A stretch of DNA of 64,000 nucleotides. It comes from an uncultured Ignavibacteriota bacterium (GTDB lineage Bacteria > Bacteroidota > Ignavibacteria > UBA10030 > UBA8401). Below, in pieces: positions 1-9,739 of the stretch; positions within the stretch are counted from its first letter, which is position 1; each line of letters starts with the position of its first letter. Under the pieces are notes generated by a model. That model was given only the letters and a program-made list of their open reading frames with translations, was not told the origin of the DNA and did no database searches. Position numbers and translations under genes: made by a program. Location: assembly GCA_903861125.1 (NCBI GenBank), contig CAIOTF010000038.1, forward strand, positions 78,060-142,059, given 5' to 3'.

Positions 1-584
1 TCGCCGCTCTTGCGCGTATCGTATTCTGTTTTGGTGTAGAGAAATTCCTGATTGTGAAAGATCTCATGATCGACAGAGACCTTTAATCTCATATCATACA
101 ATCCGGCACGTTCCAGTTTGCCGATTGATCCATATTTCTTAAGCGCTTTTTTCACCGCAGAAACAGAAAAGAACATTACAGAGCCAAAATCAAAATTATC
201 ACGGATACTGCCAAGTTGATAGTCGATGGTTGGATGTTCAGTCCGTTTTCCTTCTTTCACTTCATAAAAATCGGAATAGACCATTCCCGCACCCGTATCT
301 TCTGCAATATGGACGAAGCGTTCCAACGCTGCCTGATTGAACGTGATCGACTGTGCCTGATTGATCAAGAGCAGAAATTCAGTCGAAAGTTTTTCAACGA
401 CTGCGCTGAGGGTCTTTCCGGAAGTCAGTGAATCGACCTTTATTCCTTTGCATTTATCATGTGTGCCGGAATACTGTCCGTCATGAGCAATCAGAATTTT
501 TTTAACAAACGGTGATTCAATAAATTGTGCAAGAGTTGATTCGAAATACGATTCGGTGCTGAATGGGATAAGAACGGTGATCAT
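1..584 (-). CDS. Glycosyltransferase family 2 protein, runs off the left edge of the window
   Basis: Not in the ORF track because it has no stop in the window. Manual translation from ATG 584: MITVLIPFSTESYF...AGMVYSDFYEVKEGKRTEHPTIDYQLGSIRDNFDFGS...AGLYDMRLKVS...EFLYTKTEYDTRKSG, which resembles a conserved Bacteroidota GT2 family. Confidence 0.8.
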   Translation of the reverse strand, partial: MITVLIPFSTESYFESTLAQFIESPFVKKILIAHDGQYSGTHDKCKGIKVDSLTSGKTLSAVVEKLSTEFLLLINQAQSITFNQAALERFVHIAEDTGAGMVYSDFYEVKEGKRTEHPTIDYQLGSIRDNFDFGSVMFFSVSAVKKALKKYGSIGKLERAGLYDMRLKVSVDHEIFHNQEFLYTKTEYDTRKSG

Positions 585-630
585 GAGCGATGCCTACTTA
601 ATGATTTCTGATATTAAAAATTACCGTAAC

Positions 631-659
631 AATGTAAAAAGAAGAGATAGTGAAAGCAA
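631..659 (-). promoter_or_regulatory. Putative sigma-70 promoter of the GT2 gene
   Basis: Minus strand TTGCTT-N17-TACATT, 46 bp upstream of ATG 584. Confidence 0.5.
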
Positions 660-681
660 CCACTTTAGATTTACCGAAAAT

Positions 682-710
682 AAAAAAGCCTTGATTTCAC
701 AAGGCTTTTT
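682..710. terminator. Intrinsic terminator downstream of clpB
   Basis: aaaaaagccttg-atttca-caaggcttttt inverted repeat with A/T tails, 20 bp after the clpB stop. Confidence 0.85.
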
Positions 711-730
711 GAAGATAAAACGCATATTTA

Positions 731-3370
731 TTATCCCAATTTCCGAAACACCAGTTGTCCTTCACCTTCTAACGCAAGTTCAAGGGCATCCCCCTCTACA
801 ACTTCACCTGCCAGGATCCTGGAAGAAAGAACATCAATAATATGTTTTTGGATTGTCCTTTTCAACGGACGTGCGCCGTAACTCGGATCGTAGCCGAGAC
901 GGGCGATCCAGTCTTTTGCATCGTCGGTAACAACAAGCGTCATCTCTTTTTTTGCAAGTAATTGAGCGACTCGCTTTAATTGAATATTGATCACTTGTTT
1001 TATATCCGCACGAGTAAGAGGCTTGAAGAGGATCACTTCATCCACACGGTTCAAAAATTCAGGGCGGATTGTCTGGCGAAGCAGTTGGTTCAATTGCGAA
1101 CGGAGATCGCCGGCAAAATTTTTCCAGTCATCGTCTGTTTCCATCTGGGCCATCCGTTCCTGAATCATCTGCGAACCGAGATTGGAGGTCATTATGACGA
1201 TCGTATTCTTGAAGTTCACCGTCCGGCCCTTCGAATCGGTTAATCGTCCGTCATCCAGCAGTTGCAGAAGCACATTGAATACTTCCGGATGCGCTTTTTC
1301 GATCTCGTCCAGCAATACTACGGAATACGGTTTTCGCCGCACTGCTTCCGTCAGTTGCCCACCCTCTTCATAGCCGACATATCCGGGGGGCGCACCGATC
1401 AAACGTGAGACGGAAAATTTTTCCATGTATTCACTCATGTCGATGCGTACCATCGCATTTTCATCATTGAAGAGCAATTCAGCCAGAGAGCGTGCCAGTT
1501 CTGTCTTTCCGACGCCGGTTGTTCCGAGAAAAATAAATGAACCAATCGGACGTTTTTCATCCTGCAGCCCTGCACGGCTGCGGCGGATCGCATCGGCGAC
1601 CGCTTTCACCGCTTCTTCCTGATTCACCATCCGCTCGTGGATCTTATCCTCAAGGTGAAGCAATTTCGAACGTTCGCTTTCAAGCATGCGCGTAACCGGT
1701 ATGCCGGTCCATTTTGAAACTATTTCGGCAATATCTTCGGCATCGACCTCCTCTTTCAGCATTTTCTGATTCTTTTGGATCTCGGAAAGTTTCACCGTTG
1801 TTTCTTTCAGATTCCTTTCAAGTCCCGCAAGTGTACCATATCGCAATTCGGCAACTTTGCCAAGGTCTCCCTCACGCTCTTTTTTATCCGCTGTGATCTT
1901 AACATTCTCGATCTCTTCCTTCATCTTCCGGATCATCTGAATGAAATTCTTCTCGTTCTTCCAATGCGTACGAAGCACGCTTCGTGTCTGATTCAGTTCG
2001 GCAAGATCCTTTTCAATTTCACTAATGTGGGTTTTTATCGCCGCACGATCCGTTTCATCTGCATATTCAGCAGAGAGCTCGCGGTTCACGGCTTCCCGTT
2101 CGATTTCCAATTGTTTAACTTTACGTTCGATCACGTCCAGTTCTTCCGGCATCGAATCGATTTCGATCCGCAATTTTGACGCCGCTTCATCAACAAGATC
2201 GATCGCCTTATCCGGAAGGAATCTGTCCGAAATATAGCGGTGACTTAACTGTGCGGCCGCAACGATCGCGCCGTCGGTGATCCGCACACCGTGATGCACT
2301 TCGTACCGTTCCGCAAGGCCGCGAAGGATGGAGATTGTATCTTCAACAGTCGGTTCGTCTACATGAACTGGCTGAAATCTCCGTTCCAGAGCGGGATCTT
2401 TTTCGATATATTTTCTATACTCATCAAGAGTGGTAGCGCCGATCGCACGGAGATCCCCGCGGGCCAGAGCTGGTTTCAGCATGTTGGCAGCATCGACCGC
2501 CCCTTGCGCAGCACCGGCGCCGACAAGCGTGTGCAGTTCATCAATAAAGAGAATGATCTCGCCGTTGGAGTTTTCCACTTCTTTCAGTACCGCTTTCAAT
2601 CGTTCTTCAAACTGTCCACGGAAACTCGCTCCGGCGATCAGCGTCGCCATATCAAGCGCAATGATCCGTTTCGATTTCAGATTGTCCGGAACATCGCCGG
2701 AGATAATTCTGTGTGCAAGCCCTTCGGCAATGGCGGTTTTGCCGACACCCGGCTCACCGATCAGCACCGGATTATTTTTTGTGCGTCGGCATAAGACCTG
2801 CAGAATGCGGCGAATCTCATCCTCCCTGCCGATAACGGGATCGAGCTTCCCTTTGCGGGCAAGATCGTTCAGATCGCGGCCGAATTTTTCGAGTGATTGA
2901 TATTTGTCTTCCGGATTCTGGTCCGTAACGCGCTGTGTTCCGCGGACCTCCTTCAGAGCCTTCATGACCCCATCCTTGGTGATGCCCTGATCGATAAGCA
3001 GTTTTACTCCGCCATTATTCTTCTGATCAAGAAGTGCCAGCAGCAAATGTTCCGTGCTTACATAATCATCTTTCAGGTTTTCGGTCTCTTTTTGCGCCTG
3101 TTCAAAGACTTTTTGCAGTGACGTGGAGATGAATTGCTGAGCACCGCTTACTTTCGGCAGTTTCTCTATAACTTCGTTGATCTTTATTTTTACGTAGTTA
3201 ACATTCGCGCCGAGTTTTTGTAGCAGCGGCATAATGATCCCCCGGGAATCCTGTACAAGCGCGGCGAGTAAATGTTCCGGTTCCAAGGATTGGTTACCGT
3301 ATGACGTAGCTATCTCCTGTGCATTCTGCACAGATTCCTGCGATTTTAAAGTGAATTTATTGAAATTCAT
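731..3370 (-). CDS. clpB: ATP-dependent chaperone ClpB
   Basis: Clp N-domain, two AAA+ modules ([16 protein letters not shown]), long coiled-coil M-domain, GYVGYEEGG loop. Start moved to MNFNKFT at 3370 (ORF track 3412). Confidence 0.97.
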   Translation of the reverse strand: MNFNKFTLKSQESVQNAQEIATSYGNQSLEPEHLLAALVQDSRGIIMPLLQKLGANVNYVKIKINEVIEKLPKVSGAQQFISTSLQKVFEQAQKETENLKDDYVSTEHLLLALLDQKNNGGVKLLIDQGITKDGVMKALKEVRGTQRVTDQNPEDKYQSLEKFGRDLNDLARKGKLDPVIGREDEIRRILQVLCRRTKNNPVLIGEPGVGKTAIAEGLAHRIISGDVPDNLKSKRIIALDMATLIAGASFRGQFEERLKAVLKEVENSNGEIILFIDELHTLVGAGAAQGAVDAANMLKPALARGDLRAIGATTLDEYRKYIEKDPALERRFQPVHVDEPTVEDTISILRGLAERYEVHHGVRITDGAIVAAAQLSHRYISDRFLPDKAIDLVDEAASKLRIEIDSMPEELDVIERKVKQLEIEREAVNRELSAEYADETDRAAIKTHISEIEKDLAELNQTRSVLRTHWKNEKNFIQMIRKMKEEIENVKITADKKEREGDLGKVAELRYGTLAGLERNLKETTVKLSEIQKNQKMLKEEVDAEDIAEIVSKWTGIPVTRMLESERSKLLHLEDKIHERMVNQEEAVKAVADAIRRSRAGLQDEKRPIGSFIFLGTTGVGKTELARSLAELLFNDENAMVRIDMSEYMEKFSVSRLIGAPPGYVGYEEGGQLTEAVRRKPYSVVLLDEIEKAHPEVFNVLLQLLDDGRLTDSKGRTVNFKNTIVIMTSNLGSQMIQERMAQMETDDDWKNFAGDLRSQLNQLLRQTIRPEFLNRVDEVILFKPLTRADIKQVINIQLKRVAQLLAKKEMTLVVTDDAKDWIARLGYDPSYGARPLKRTIQKHIIDVLSSRILAGEVVEGDALELALEGEGQLVFRKLG

Positions 3371-3417
3371 AATACCTGCTTTGATTTCAAGAACATTGCT
3401 ACTATTGTACAATCACG

Positions 3418-4308
3418 TTATTTTGACTTTGCATTTTGCATTCTCGTAAATTCTTTTTCTCTCTCCTGGCTTATCCCCGGCACGTTGAGCAATTCGGATA
3501 ATTTATACGCCGGAACAACACCGACAAGACCGCCGGTATCGTTTTTTGTCCTTTCCGGACGAACCTCTCCATAACTTCCCGATATGATCCCAGTAAGAAA
3601 GAACTTTGCCGGAAGAGTGCCGCTTCCGGTATCTTTTGAAGCAGGCGCGTAATAATACAGTGGGGAACCCATGCTCCCGGGTGTAATAGCCGTTTCAACA
3701 AGGAATAATTCCGTATAACTTTTTCCCAACATATATTTTTCTTCGGAGAGTTGTGCAACTTTGCCGAACCGCACAATGGGTATGTTCTTAAACATCCCTA
3801 TGTGAGCGGATAACATGCCGATATGAAATACCTCATCACCTTCGCCGAGGTTCTCTTTTTTGAAGAAATCCATCTGCGCAATCATTCCAAAAGGAATGAA
3901 CAGAAGATCATACCTGTTCAGGTCCGGATAAGCAGGAATCACTGCAAGATCTACCGTTGAATCCGGATGAAGGAAATAGCGCCGCACTCCTTTTTGGACC
4001 AACGGGATGATCAACGTATCTGAGTATCCCTCTTTTCTGTTTATCCTGATATACACTGTGTCATAGAATGACCCGTCAATTCTTTTCAAAACATTTTTAG
4101 AAGTGACAAGATATCCGAAATTTGCCGTATCGGTGTTTTGATTTGTTCTCAGCAATACAAAAAAACCAGTCCCAAGCGGTGACAATCTGCTGCTTGAATC
4201 TTTCGCAAAAACAAATACAACGGATTTTTTCACCTGCATCGGAATTTTTGCCGCAAGTGCAGAAGCCGATGTAACCAGCATTACAAGCAATAGATATCGT
4301 ATTTTCAT
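3418..4308 (-). CDS. Secreted trypsin-like (S1/Trypsin_2 fold) protein, probably catalytically inactive
   Basis: Signal peptide; GTGFFV, LVTSKNV (canonical LVTAxHV), VDLAVI and TPGSMGSPL (canonical PGxSGSP) motifs. Confidence 0.75.
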   Translation of the reverse strand: MKIRYLLLVMLVTSASALAAKIPMQVKKSVVFVFAKDSSSRLSPLGTGFFVLLRTNQNTDTANFGYLVTSKNVLKRIDGSFYDTVYIRINRKEGYSDTLIIPLVQKGVRRYFLHPDSTVDLAVIPAYPDLNRYDLLFIPFGMIAQMDFFKKENLGEGDEVFHIGMLSAHIGMFKNIPIVRFGKVAQLSEEKYMLGKSYTELFLVETAITPGSMGSPLYYYAPASKDTGSGTLPAKFFLTGIISGSYGEVRPERTKNDTGGLVGVVPAYKLSELLNVPGISQEREKEFTRMQNAKSK

Positions 4309-4413
4309 GAACCAACTTTCGTTTATATTTGTATAATTATTTTCTTTGCGCGGAAGATTTCCTTACTGTTTTTATGCTTTCAATTTTCTATCAACAAGAT
4401 GATGTGAACGAAA

Positions 4414-5613
4414 TTACAATTCCACAAGTTGAACTTGAATCACTTCGCTCGTTCTACTGCTGATTGCAGAAAGTATTGCTTCCGACGGTTTCGCGACGAG
4501 TTTCATTGTGCAGCTGGCGGTCAACGTTCCTTCAAAGATCAGATTTTCAACCTCCTGGATATTGATGTGTACCGATTTCAGATCGTTGAACACGTTCGCA
4601 AGAACACCCGGTTTATCATAATGCCGTACAACAAGCTGATATTTCGCCGGGGTCACTTTCGCTTTGTTCACCCAATTTTTCACCGTACCGCGCTCTTTAT
4701 ACTGCTTGATGATCGCAACTGTTTCATCGGCGATCGCATTCTGCGCTTGTTCAGTTGAAGCACCAATATGATGTGTGCCGTACACGTTCGGAAGCGAAGC
4801 AAGTTTATTGGTGAATGGCGAATTCTTATCCTCCGGTTCACCGGAAAATACGTCGGCACCGACACGGATTCTGCCTGCCGCTGCAGCTTCATACAATGCT
4901 TCCTCGTCGACCACTTCCCAGCGGGATGTATTCAGGAAAAGAGTATTCGGTCTCATCATTCCGATCAATTCTTTTGTAAAGATCCTTTTCGTTTCAGGCT
5001 TCAAGGCAAGATGCACCGAAATGACATCGCATTGCGGGATCAATTCCGCAATCGATTCGGCCTTCATCACTCCCATCGCATCCGCTTTTTCCGTTGTCAG
5101 CGACCGCGACCAGGCAATAACATTCATGCCAAATGCCCTGGCGCGAAGAATGAATTCCTGCCCGATCTGTCCTGTACCGATCACCCCGACAGTTTTTCCG
5201 TAAATTCCATCAGCCTTCGAATACTCACTCTTGTTCCATTTCCCTTTTCGAAGATCGGCAACATTGTCGGGGATTCTCCGGTCAAGAGAAAGGAGCAGTC
5301 CCATGGCAAGTTCAGCTACTGCAATAGAATTTTTTCCAGGACAATTTGAGACATATATGCCACGTGCATTGGCGGCATTCATATTAATGTTATTGACCCC
5401 CGCACCGGCCCGGATGATAAGAGAAAGATTTTTTGCCGCGGCAATGCAATCAGCATGGACTTCCGTCGAACGCACGACGAGAACATCGGCGTCTTCAATT
5501 GCCGATGCGAGTTCTTCCGCTTTTAATTTCGGTTTGTTTACGACCTGTATACCAAGCGAAGTGATGTTGTCGATGGTTCTTTGCGGCAACGTATCGGCGA
5601 ACAGAACTTTCAT
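4414..5613 (-). CDS. serA: D-3-phosphoglycerate dehydrogenase / D-2-hydroxyacid dehydrogenase with C-terminal ACT domain
   Basis: RAGAGVNNI, GTGQIG Rossmann motif, DVFSGEP, HHIGAST, ACT domain HYDKPGVLA. Confidence 0.85.
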   Translation of the reverse strand: MKVLFADTLPQRTIDNITSLGIQVVNKPKLKAEELASAIEDADVLVVRSTEVHADCIAAAKNLSLIIRAGAGVNNINMNAANARGIYVSNCPGKNSIAVAELAMGLLLSLDRRIPDNVADLRKGKWNKSEYSKADGIYGKTVGVIGTGQIGQEFILRARAFGMNVIAWSRSLTTEKADAMGVMKAESIAELIPQCDVISVHLALKPETKRIFTKELIGMMRPNTLFLNTSRWEVVDEEALYEAAAAGRIRVGADVFSGEPEDKNSPFTNKLASLPNVYGTHHIGASTEQAQNAIADETVAIIKQYKERGTVKNWVNKAKVTPAKYQLVVRHYDKPGVLANVFNDLKSVHINIQEVENLIFEGTLTASCTMKLVAKPSEAILSAISSRTSEVIQVQLVEL

Positions 5614-5740
5614 ACTAATCCTTTTTATATGAATAGCAGGTCAACGGTCAGTTGTTGACAAAATAAAGTAAAATGTTTTTACAACGCCATCATTTCTGCT
5701 TCTACGCCACTGATGAAATAACACTGCAAAGTCCGATATA

Positions 5741-5766
5741 AAGAAGGCGAGGAAAACCCCGCCTTC
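5741..5766 (-). terminator. Intrinsic terminator of dnaK
   Basis: Minus strand gaaggcgggg-tttt-cctcgccttc followed by tttat. Confidence 0.75.
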
Positions 5767-5797
5767 ATTGTATCTTCAAGAGTGCTCAATCAACAAA

Positions 5798-7720
5798 TTA
5801 TTTGTCGTCAACCACTTCAAAATCAGCATTCTCTACCTTCTTTCCTCCATCGGCATTGCCGCCGCCGGATGATTGCTGTTGTTGACCGCCTTGTTCTGCA
5901 CCGGGCTGCGGTCCTGCTGATTTCGCTGCTTCGTACATTTTGGTTGACGCTTCGTTCCAGATCTTTTCGAGTTCTTCTTTCTTTTCCTTGATTCCGGAAT
6001 TCACTTTGATCGCTTCTTCGAGTGCGGTAGCCGCAGCTTCGATCTTTGCTTTCGTGTCCGCATCAATCTTGTCCCCGAGATCTGTCAATTGTTTTCGGGT
6101 CGAAAAAACAAGCGAATCAGCCTGATTCTTGGTTTCAATCTCTTCTTTTTTCTTCGCATCATCGGCAGCATGCGCCTGAGCATCCTTTTTCATCTTATCA
6201 ACTTCTTCCTTACTCAGTCCCGAAGAAGAAGTGATCCGGATGTTCTGCTCTTTTCCTGTCGCTTTATCTTTTGCGGAAACGGAAAGCATACCGTTCGCAT
6301 CAATATCAAGCGACACTTCGATTTGTGGAACACCGCGAGGCGCCGGCGGAATCCCGTCAAGATGGAATTTCCCAAGCGAACGGTTATCGATCGCCAGCGG
6401 GCGCTCACCCTGCAGAATGTGGATCTCAACCGATGTCTGACTGTCGGCTGCGGTACTGAAAACCTCGCTTTTCTTCGTCGGTATCGTCGTGTTCGCATCG
6501 ATCAATTTTGTCAAAACGCCGCCGAGTGTTTCAATTCCAAGTGATAACGGAGTAACGTCGAGCAGCAGAACGTCGGTGACATCACCGGCAAGAACGCCCC
6601 CTTGGATAGCCGCGCCAATAGCAACAACTTCATCGGGATTCACCCCTTTGTGTCCTTCTTTGCCGAAGAATTTTTTTACCAACTCTTGAACTGCCGGCAT
6701 ACGGGTCATGCCGCCGACAAGGATCACTTCATCAATTTGACTAATGTTGTATCCGGAATCTTTGATCGCTTTTTCGGTCGGTGTTAGGCAGCGTTTCAAC
6801 AGATCGTCTACAAGCTGTTCAAATTTCGACCGCTGCAGCGTCATTGTAAAATGCTTCGGTCCATCCTGAGTTGCCGTGATAAAGGGAAGATTGATCTCCG
6901 TCTGTGCCGATGAGGAGAGCTCAATTTTCGCTTTCTCCGCTGCTTCACGCAAACGCTGAAGAGCCATAGCATCCTTCAGCAAATCGACCCCTTCGGTTTT
7001 CTTAAACTCTTCAGCGAAGAACTCAACGAGACGCTGATCGAAATTGTCGCCTCCGAGATGTGTATCACCATTCGTTGATTTCACTTCGAACACACCGTCA
7101 CCAAGATCAAGGACAGAGATGTCGAACGTTCCGCCGCCGAGATCGAATACGGCAATTTTTGTATTCTTATGCTTCTTATCCAAACCGTACGCAAGAGCTG
7201 CCGCGGTCGGCTCGTTCACTATCCGGCGAACAATCAGACCGGCGATCTCTCCGGCTTCTTTTGTAGCCTGTCTCTGTGCATCATTAAAGTATGCAGGGAC
7301 AGTGATCACCGCTTCGGTTACTTTTTGTCCGAGATAATCTTCCGCTGTTTGTTTCATTTTTTGAAGAACCATTGCGGAGATTTCTGGCGGAGAGTACACG
7401 CGGTCCGAAATTTTTACGCGCGATGTATTATTGTCTCCGGTAACAACTTCGTAAGGAACGAGTTTCATTTCTTCGTTCACTTCGTTCATAAAGCGTCCCA
7501 TAAACCTTTTAATGGAATACACCGTATTCTTCGAGTTTGTCACCGATTGACGCTTTGCCGCTTGACCGACCAGGCGTTCGCCGTTCTTCGCAAATGCAAC
7601 GATAGACGGTGTTGTGCGCGCACCTTCTGAGTTTGCAATCACCACAGGTTCGTTTCCTTCCATCACAGCTACAACGGAGTTCGTTGTGCCGAGATCTATT
7701 CCAATGATCTTTCCAGCCAT
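5798..7720 (-). CDS. dnaK: Molecular chaperone DnaK (Hsp70)
   Basis: [45 protein letters not shown] and acidic C-terminus ADFEVVDDK. Confidence 0.99.
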   Translation of the reverse strand: MAGKIIGIDLGTTNSVVAVMEGNEPVVIANSEGARTTPSIVAFAKNGERLVGQAAKRQSVTNSKNTVYSIKRFMGRFMNEVNEEMKLVPYEVVTGDNNTSRVKISDRVYSPPEISAMVLQKMKQTAEDYLGQKVTEAVITVPAYFNDAQRQATKEAGEIAGLIVRRIVNEPTAAALAYGLDKKHKNTKIAVFDLGGGTFDISVLDLGDGVFEVKSTNGDTHLGGDNFDQRLVEFFAEEFKKTEGVDLLKDAMALQRLREAAEKAKIELSSSAQTEINLPFITATQDGPKHFTMTLQRSKFEQLVDDLLKRCLTPTEKAIKDSGYNISQIDEVILVGGMTRMPAVQELVKKFFGKEGHKGVNPDEVVAIGAAIQGGVLAGDVTDVLLLDVTPLSLGIETLGGVLTKLIDANTTIPTKKSEVFSTAADSQTSVEIHILQGERPLAIDNRSLGKFHLDGIPPAPRGVPQIEVSLDIDANGMLSVSAKDKATGKEQNIRITSSSGLSKEEVDKMKKDAQAHAADDAKKKEEIETKNQADSLVFSTRKQLTDLGDKIDADTKAKIEAAATALEEAIKVNSGIKEKKEELEKIWNEASTKMYEAAKSAGPQPGAEQGGQQQQSSGGGNADGGKKVENADFEVVDDK

Positions 7721-7774
7721 AATAATATTCCTTTATTTTATTGTTGTAGTTTTAGACTTTTCTGCGTATCTCTC

Positions 7775-7790
7775 TGCAACCATCGTGCCA
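7775..7790 (-). promoter_or_regulatory. Sigma-54 (-24/-12) promoter of dnaK
   Basis: Minus strand TGGCAC-GATGG-TTGCA, an exact match to TGGCAC-N5-TTGC, 54 bp upstream of the ATG. Confidence 0.85.
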
Positions 7791-7852
7791 TAGAAAGATT
7801 GCTGATTTATTTAGAGATTTGATAAAAGACGAATTGTTGATTTATTAAATTA

Positions 7853-7906
7853 TGTCATTTTGTCATTATATTGGCATTAGTTTCTGCCAGCTACGGCAAT
7901 ATGTCA
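7853..7906. promoter_or_regulatory. Putative enhancer (bEBP upstream activating sequence): cluster of TGNCA pentamers
   Basis: TGTCA 7853, TGTCA 7861, TGGCA 7872, TGCCA 7885, CGGCA 7894 and TGTCA 7902, about 60-115 bp upstream of the sigma-54 promoter beyond an AT-rich spacer. Confidence 0.55.
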
Positions 7907-7948
7907 TGTTTTTGCATTTTTCCCTCTTGAATCAAGAAGTTTCAAGGC

Positions 7949-7978
7949 TTGACAGGAGATGTAATAACTGGTTACTTT
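7949..7978 (+). promoter_or_regulatory. Putative sigma-70 promoter of birA-coaX
   Basis: TTGACA-N18-TACTTT. Confidence 0.5.
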
Positions 7979-8034
7979 CATTATCGGCAGAATAAAGAAT
8001 CCGTATAAACAATTTAACAGACGCATCATAGACA

Positions 8035-8817
8035 TTGATAAATAAAGATCAAATATTAGCCGATTTGGCAACCAAACAATTTGGGAAAAATGTTCTCTCT
8101 TTTGATACGATTGACTCCACCAATACATATGCAAAAAAATTAAATAAAGCAGAAGCGCCTCATGGAACGATCATCATCGCCGAACAACAAACCGATGGAC
8201 GCGGACGAATGCATCGGAAATGGGTTTCGCCGAAAGATAAAAATCTTCTGTTTTCCGTAATTCTGTACCCTGAGATGGACATTGAAAAAATATCGCTTCT
8301 ACCGTTCGCCGGCTCTCTTGCCGTTGCCGATGCGATTGAATCGGTCACAGAATTATCCCCGACGTGTAAATGGCCAAATGATGTTCTCATCAATAACAAA
8401 AAAGTGTGCGGTATGCTCCTGGAAACATCGTCGGGAAATTACGGAATAGAAAGGATTATCCTCGGCATCGGCCTGAATGTGAACCAGGTAGAATTTCCCG
8501 ATGATCTGATTACCAAAGCAACGTCGTTAACGGTGGAATGTGGATTGGAAGTAGACCGAATTCGCTTGCTGCAGAAGATCCTGGAGGAACTGGAGAACCG
8601 CTATGAACAGTTATCACGCTTCTCAGCCGGACAACTGTTGAATGATTGGCGAATGAAAGCATTGCTTTTCGGGAAAAAGATCACTGTATTAGAAAATGAA
8701 TTCAGCTTCACTGCTACTGCAATCGATGTAGCAGACGACGGCAGTCTTATCATCGAAACAGAAGAGGGCCGAAAACGAAATATTTTTGCAGGAGACGTAA
8801 GTCTCGCGTATCGCTGA
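8035..8817 (+). CDS. birA: Biotin--[acetyl-CoA-carboxylase] ligase (group I, no HTH domain)
   Basis: IDSTN, QTDGRGRMHRKW, KWPNDV, KKVCGMLLE, GIGLNVN; TTG start; no N-terminal DNA-binding domain. Confidence 0.95.
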   Translation: MINKDQILADLATKQFGKNVLSFDTIDSTNTYAKKLNKAEAPHGTIIIAEQQTDGRGRMHRKWVSPKDKNLLFSVILYPEMDIEKISLLPFAGSLAVADAIESVTELSPTCKWPNDVLINNKKVCGMLLETSSGNYGIERIILGIGLNVNQVEFPDDLITKATSLTVECGLEVDRIRLLQKILEELENRYEQLSRFSAGQLLNDWRMKALLFGKKITVLENEFSFTATAIDVADDGSLIIETEEGRKRNIFAGDVSLAYR

Positions 8818-8862
8818 GAGCATGCGCAATACATTCACGACAACATAAAGGACTACAATCAG

Positions 8863-9648
8863 ATGATTCTCGCAATTGATATCGGCAACACTCATACCGT
8901 CATCGGAATATACAATGGCAGCAAACTGCTCGGAGACTGGCGCGTTACAAGTTTCGTTACCCGCACGGAAGACGAATTCGGAGCCCTTGTCACACAATTC
9001 TGTAAAGACGCGAACATTTCCATGAAAAAGATCGATTCCATCGGTATCGCTTCCGTCGTGCCGAATCTTACAGAAGTGTGCGTGAAGATGTCTCAAAAAT
9101 ATTTTAAGATCGAACCAATTGTCGTATCATCGGATCTTGACCTCGGTATCAAAGTATTGTACGATGATCCCCGTTCTGTCGGGGCCGACAGATTGTGCAA
9201 TGCCGTTGCAGGATATGCAAAATATAAAGGACCGATTGTTATTATCGATTTTGGTACAGCAACAACGTTTGATGTGGTATCAAAAAATGGCGAATATCTT
9301 GGTGGAGTCATCAACGCCGGAATAGAAACTTCCTCCGGAGAACTTCACCGGCGTGCAGCAAAACTGCCCAAGATCGATCTGAAATTCCCGGACAAAGTGA
9401 TCGGAACAAATACGGTCAACAGCATGCAGTCCGGCATTTTATACGGTGCACTCGATTCGATGGAGACAATGGTCCGCCGCATCTCAAAGGAACTGGACGA
9501 CTATCCAACGGTCATTGCTACCGGCGGATTCTCGGAAACGATGAAAAAACAATCAAAGGTGATCAACAAACATGAGCCTGCGCTGGTATTGGAAGGGATA
9601 CGATTGATCGTTGAACGGCTGGAAAAGAAAAGCAAGAAAAAGAAATAG
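8863..9648 (+). CDS. coaX: Type III pantothenate kinase
   Basis: LAIDIGNT, GADR, IIDFGTATTFD and IATGG motifs. Confidence 0.96.
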   Translation: MILAIDIGNTHTVIGIYNGSKLLGDWRVTSFVTRTEDEFGALVTQFCKDANISMKKIDSIGIASVVPNLTEVCVKMSQKYFKIEPIVVSSDLDLGIKVLYDDPRSVGADRLCNAVAGYAKYKGPIVIIDFGTATTFDVVSKNGEYLGGVINAGIETSSGELHRRAAKLPKIDLKFPDKVIGTNTVNSMQSGILYGALDSMETMVRRISKELDDYPTVIATGGFSETMKKQSKVINKHEPALVLEGIRLIVERLEKKSKKKK

Positions 9649-9666
9649 CACTTATTGCTTAATCCT

Positions 9667-9703
9667 AATAAAAAACGCCGTCTATAAGACGGCGTTTTTT
9701 ATT
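9667..9703. terminator. Bidirectional intrinsic terminator between convergent coaX and nuoN
   Basis: aataaaaaacgccgtct-ata-agacggcgttttttatt, a perfect 17-bp inverted repeat. Confidence 0.92.
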
Positions 9704-9739
9704 GTGGAATATTTTTGAGTGAACATCAGTTTGTAGAGA

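Noticed and set aside
216..840. Plus-strand ORFs 216..431 and 556..840
   Set aside because: They overlap the minus-strand GT2 gene, the terminator and the clpB end; the minus-strand reading has family motifs.
3386..3401. Sigma-54-like TAGCAA-N5-TTGAA upstream of clpB on the minus strand
   Set aside because: Both invariant dinucleotides (GG and GC) are broken.
7904..8134. 76-aa minus-strand ORF upstream of dnaK
   Set aside because: Antisense to the birA 5' end and its promoter, with no protein-like features.
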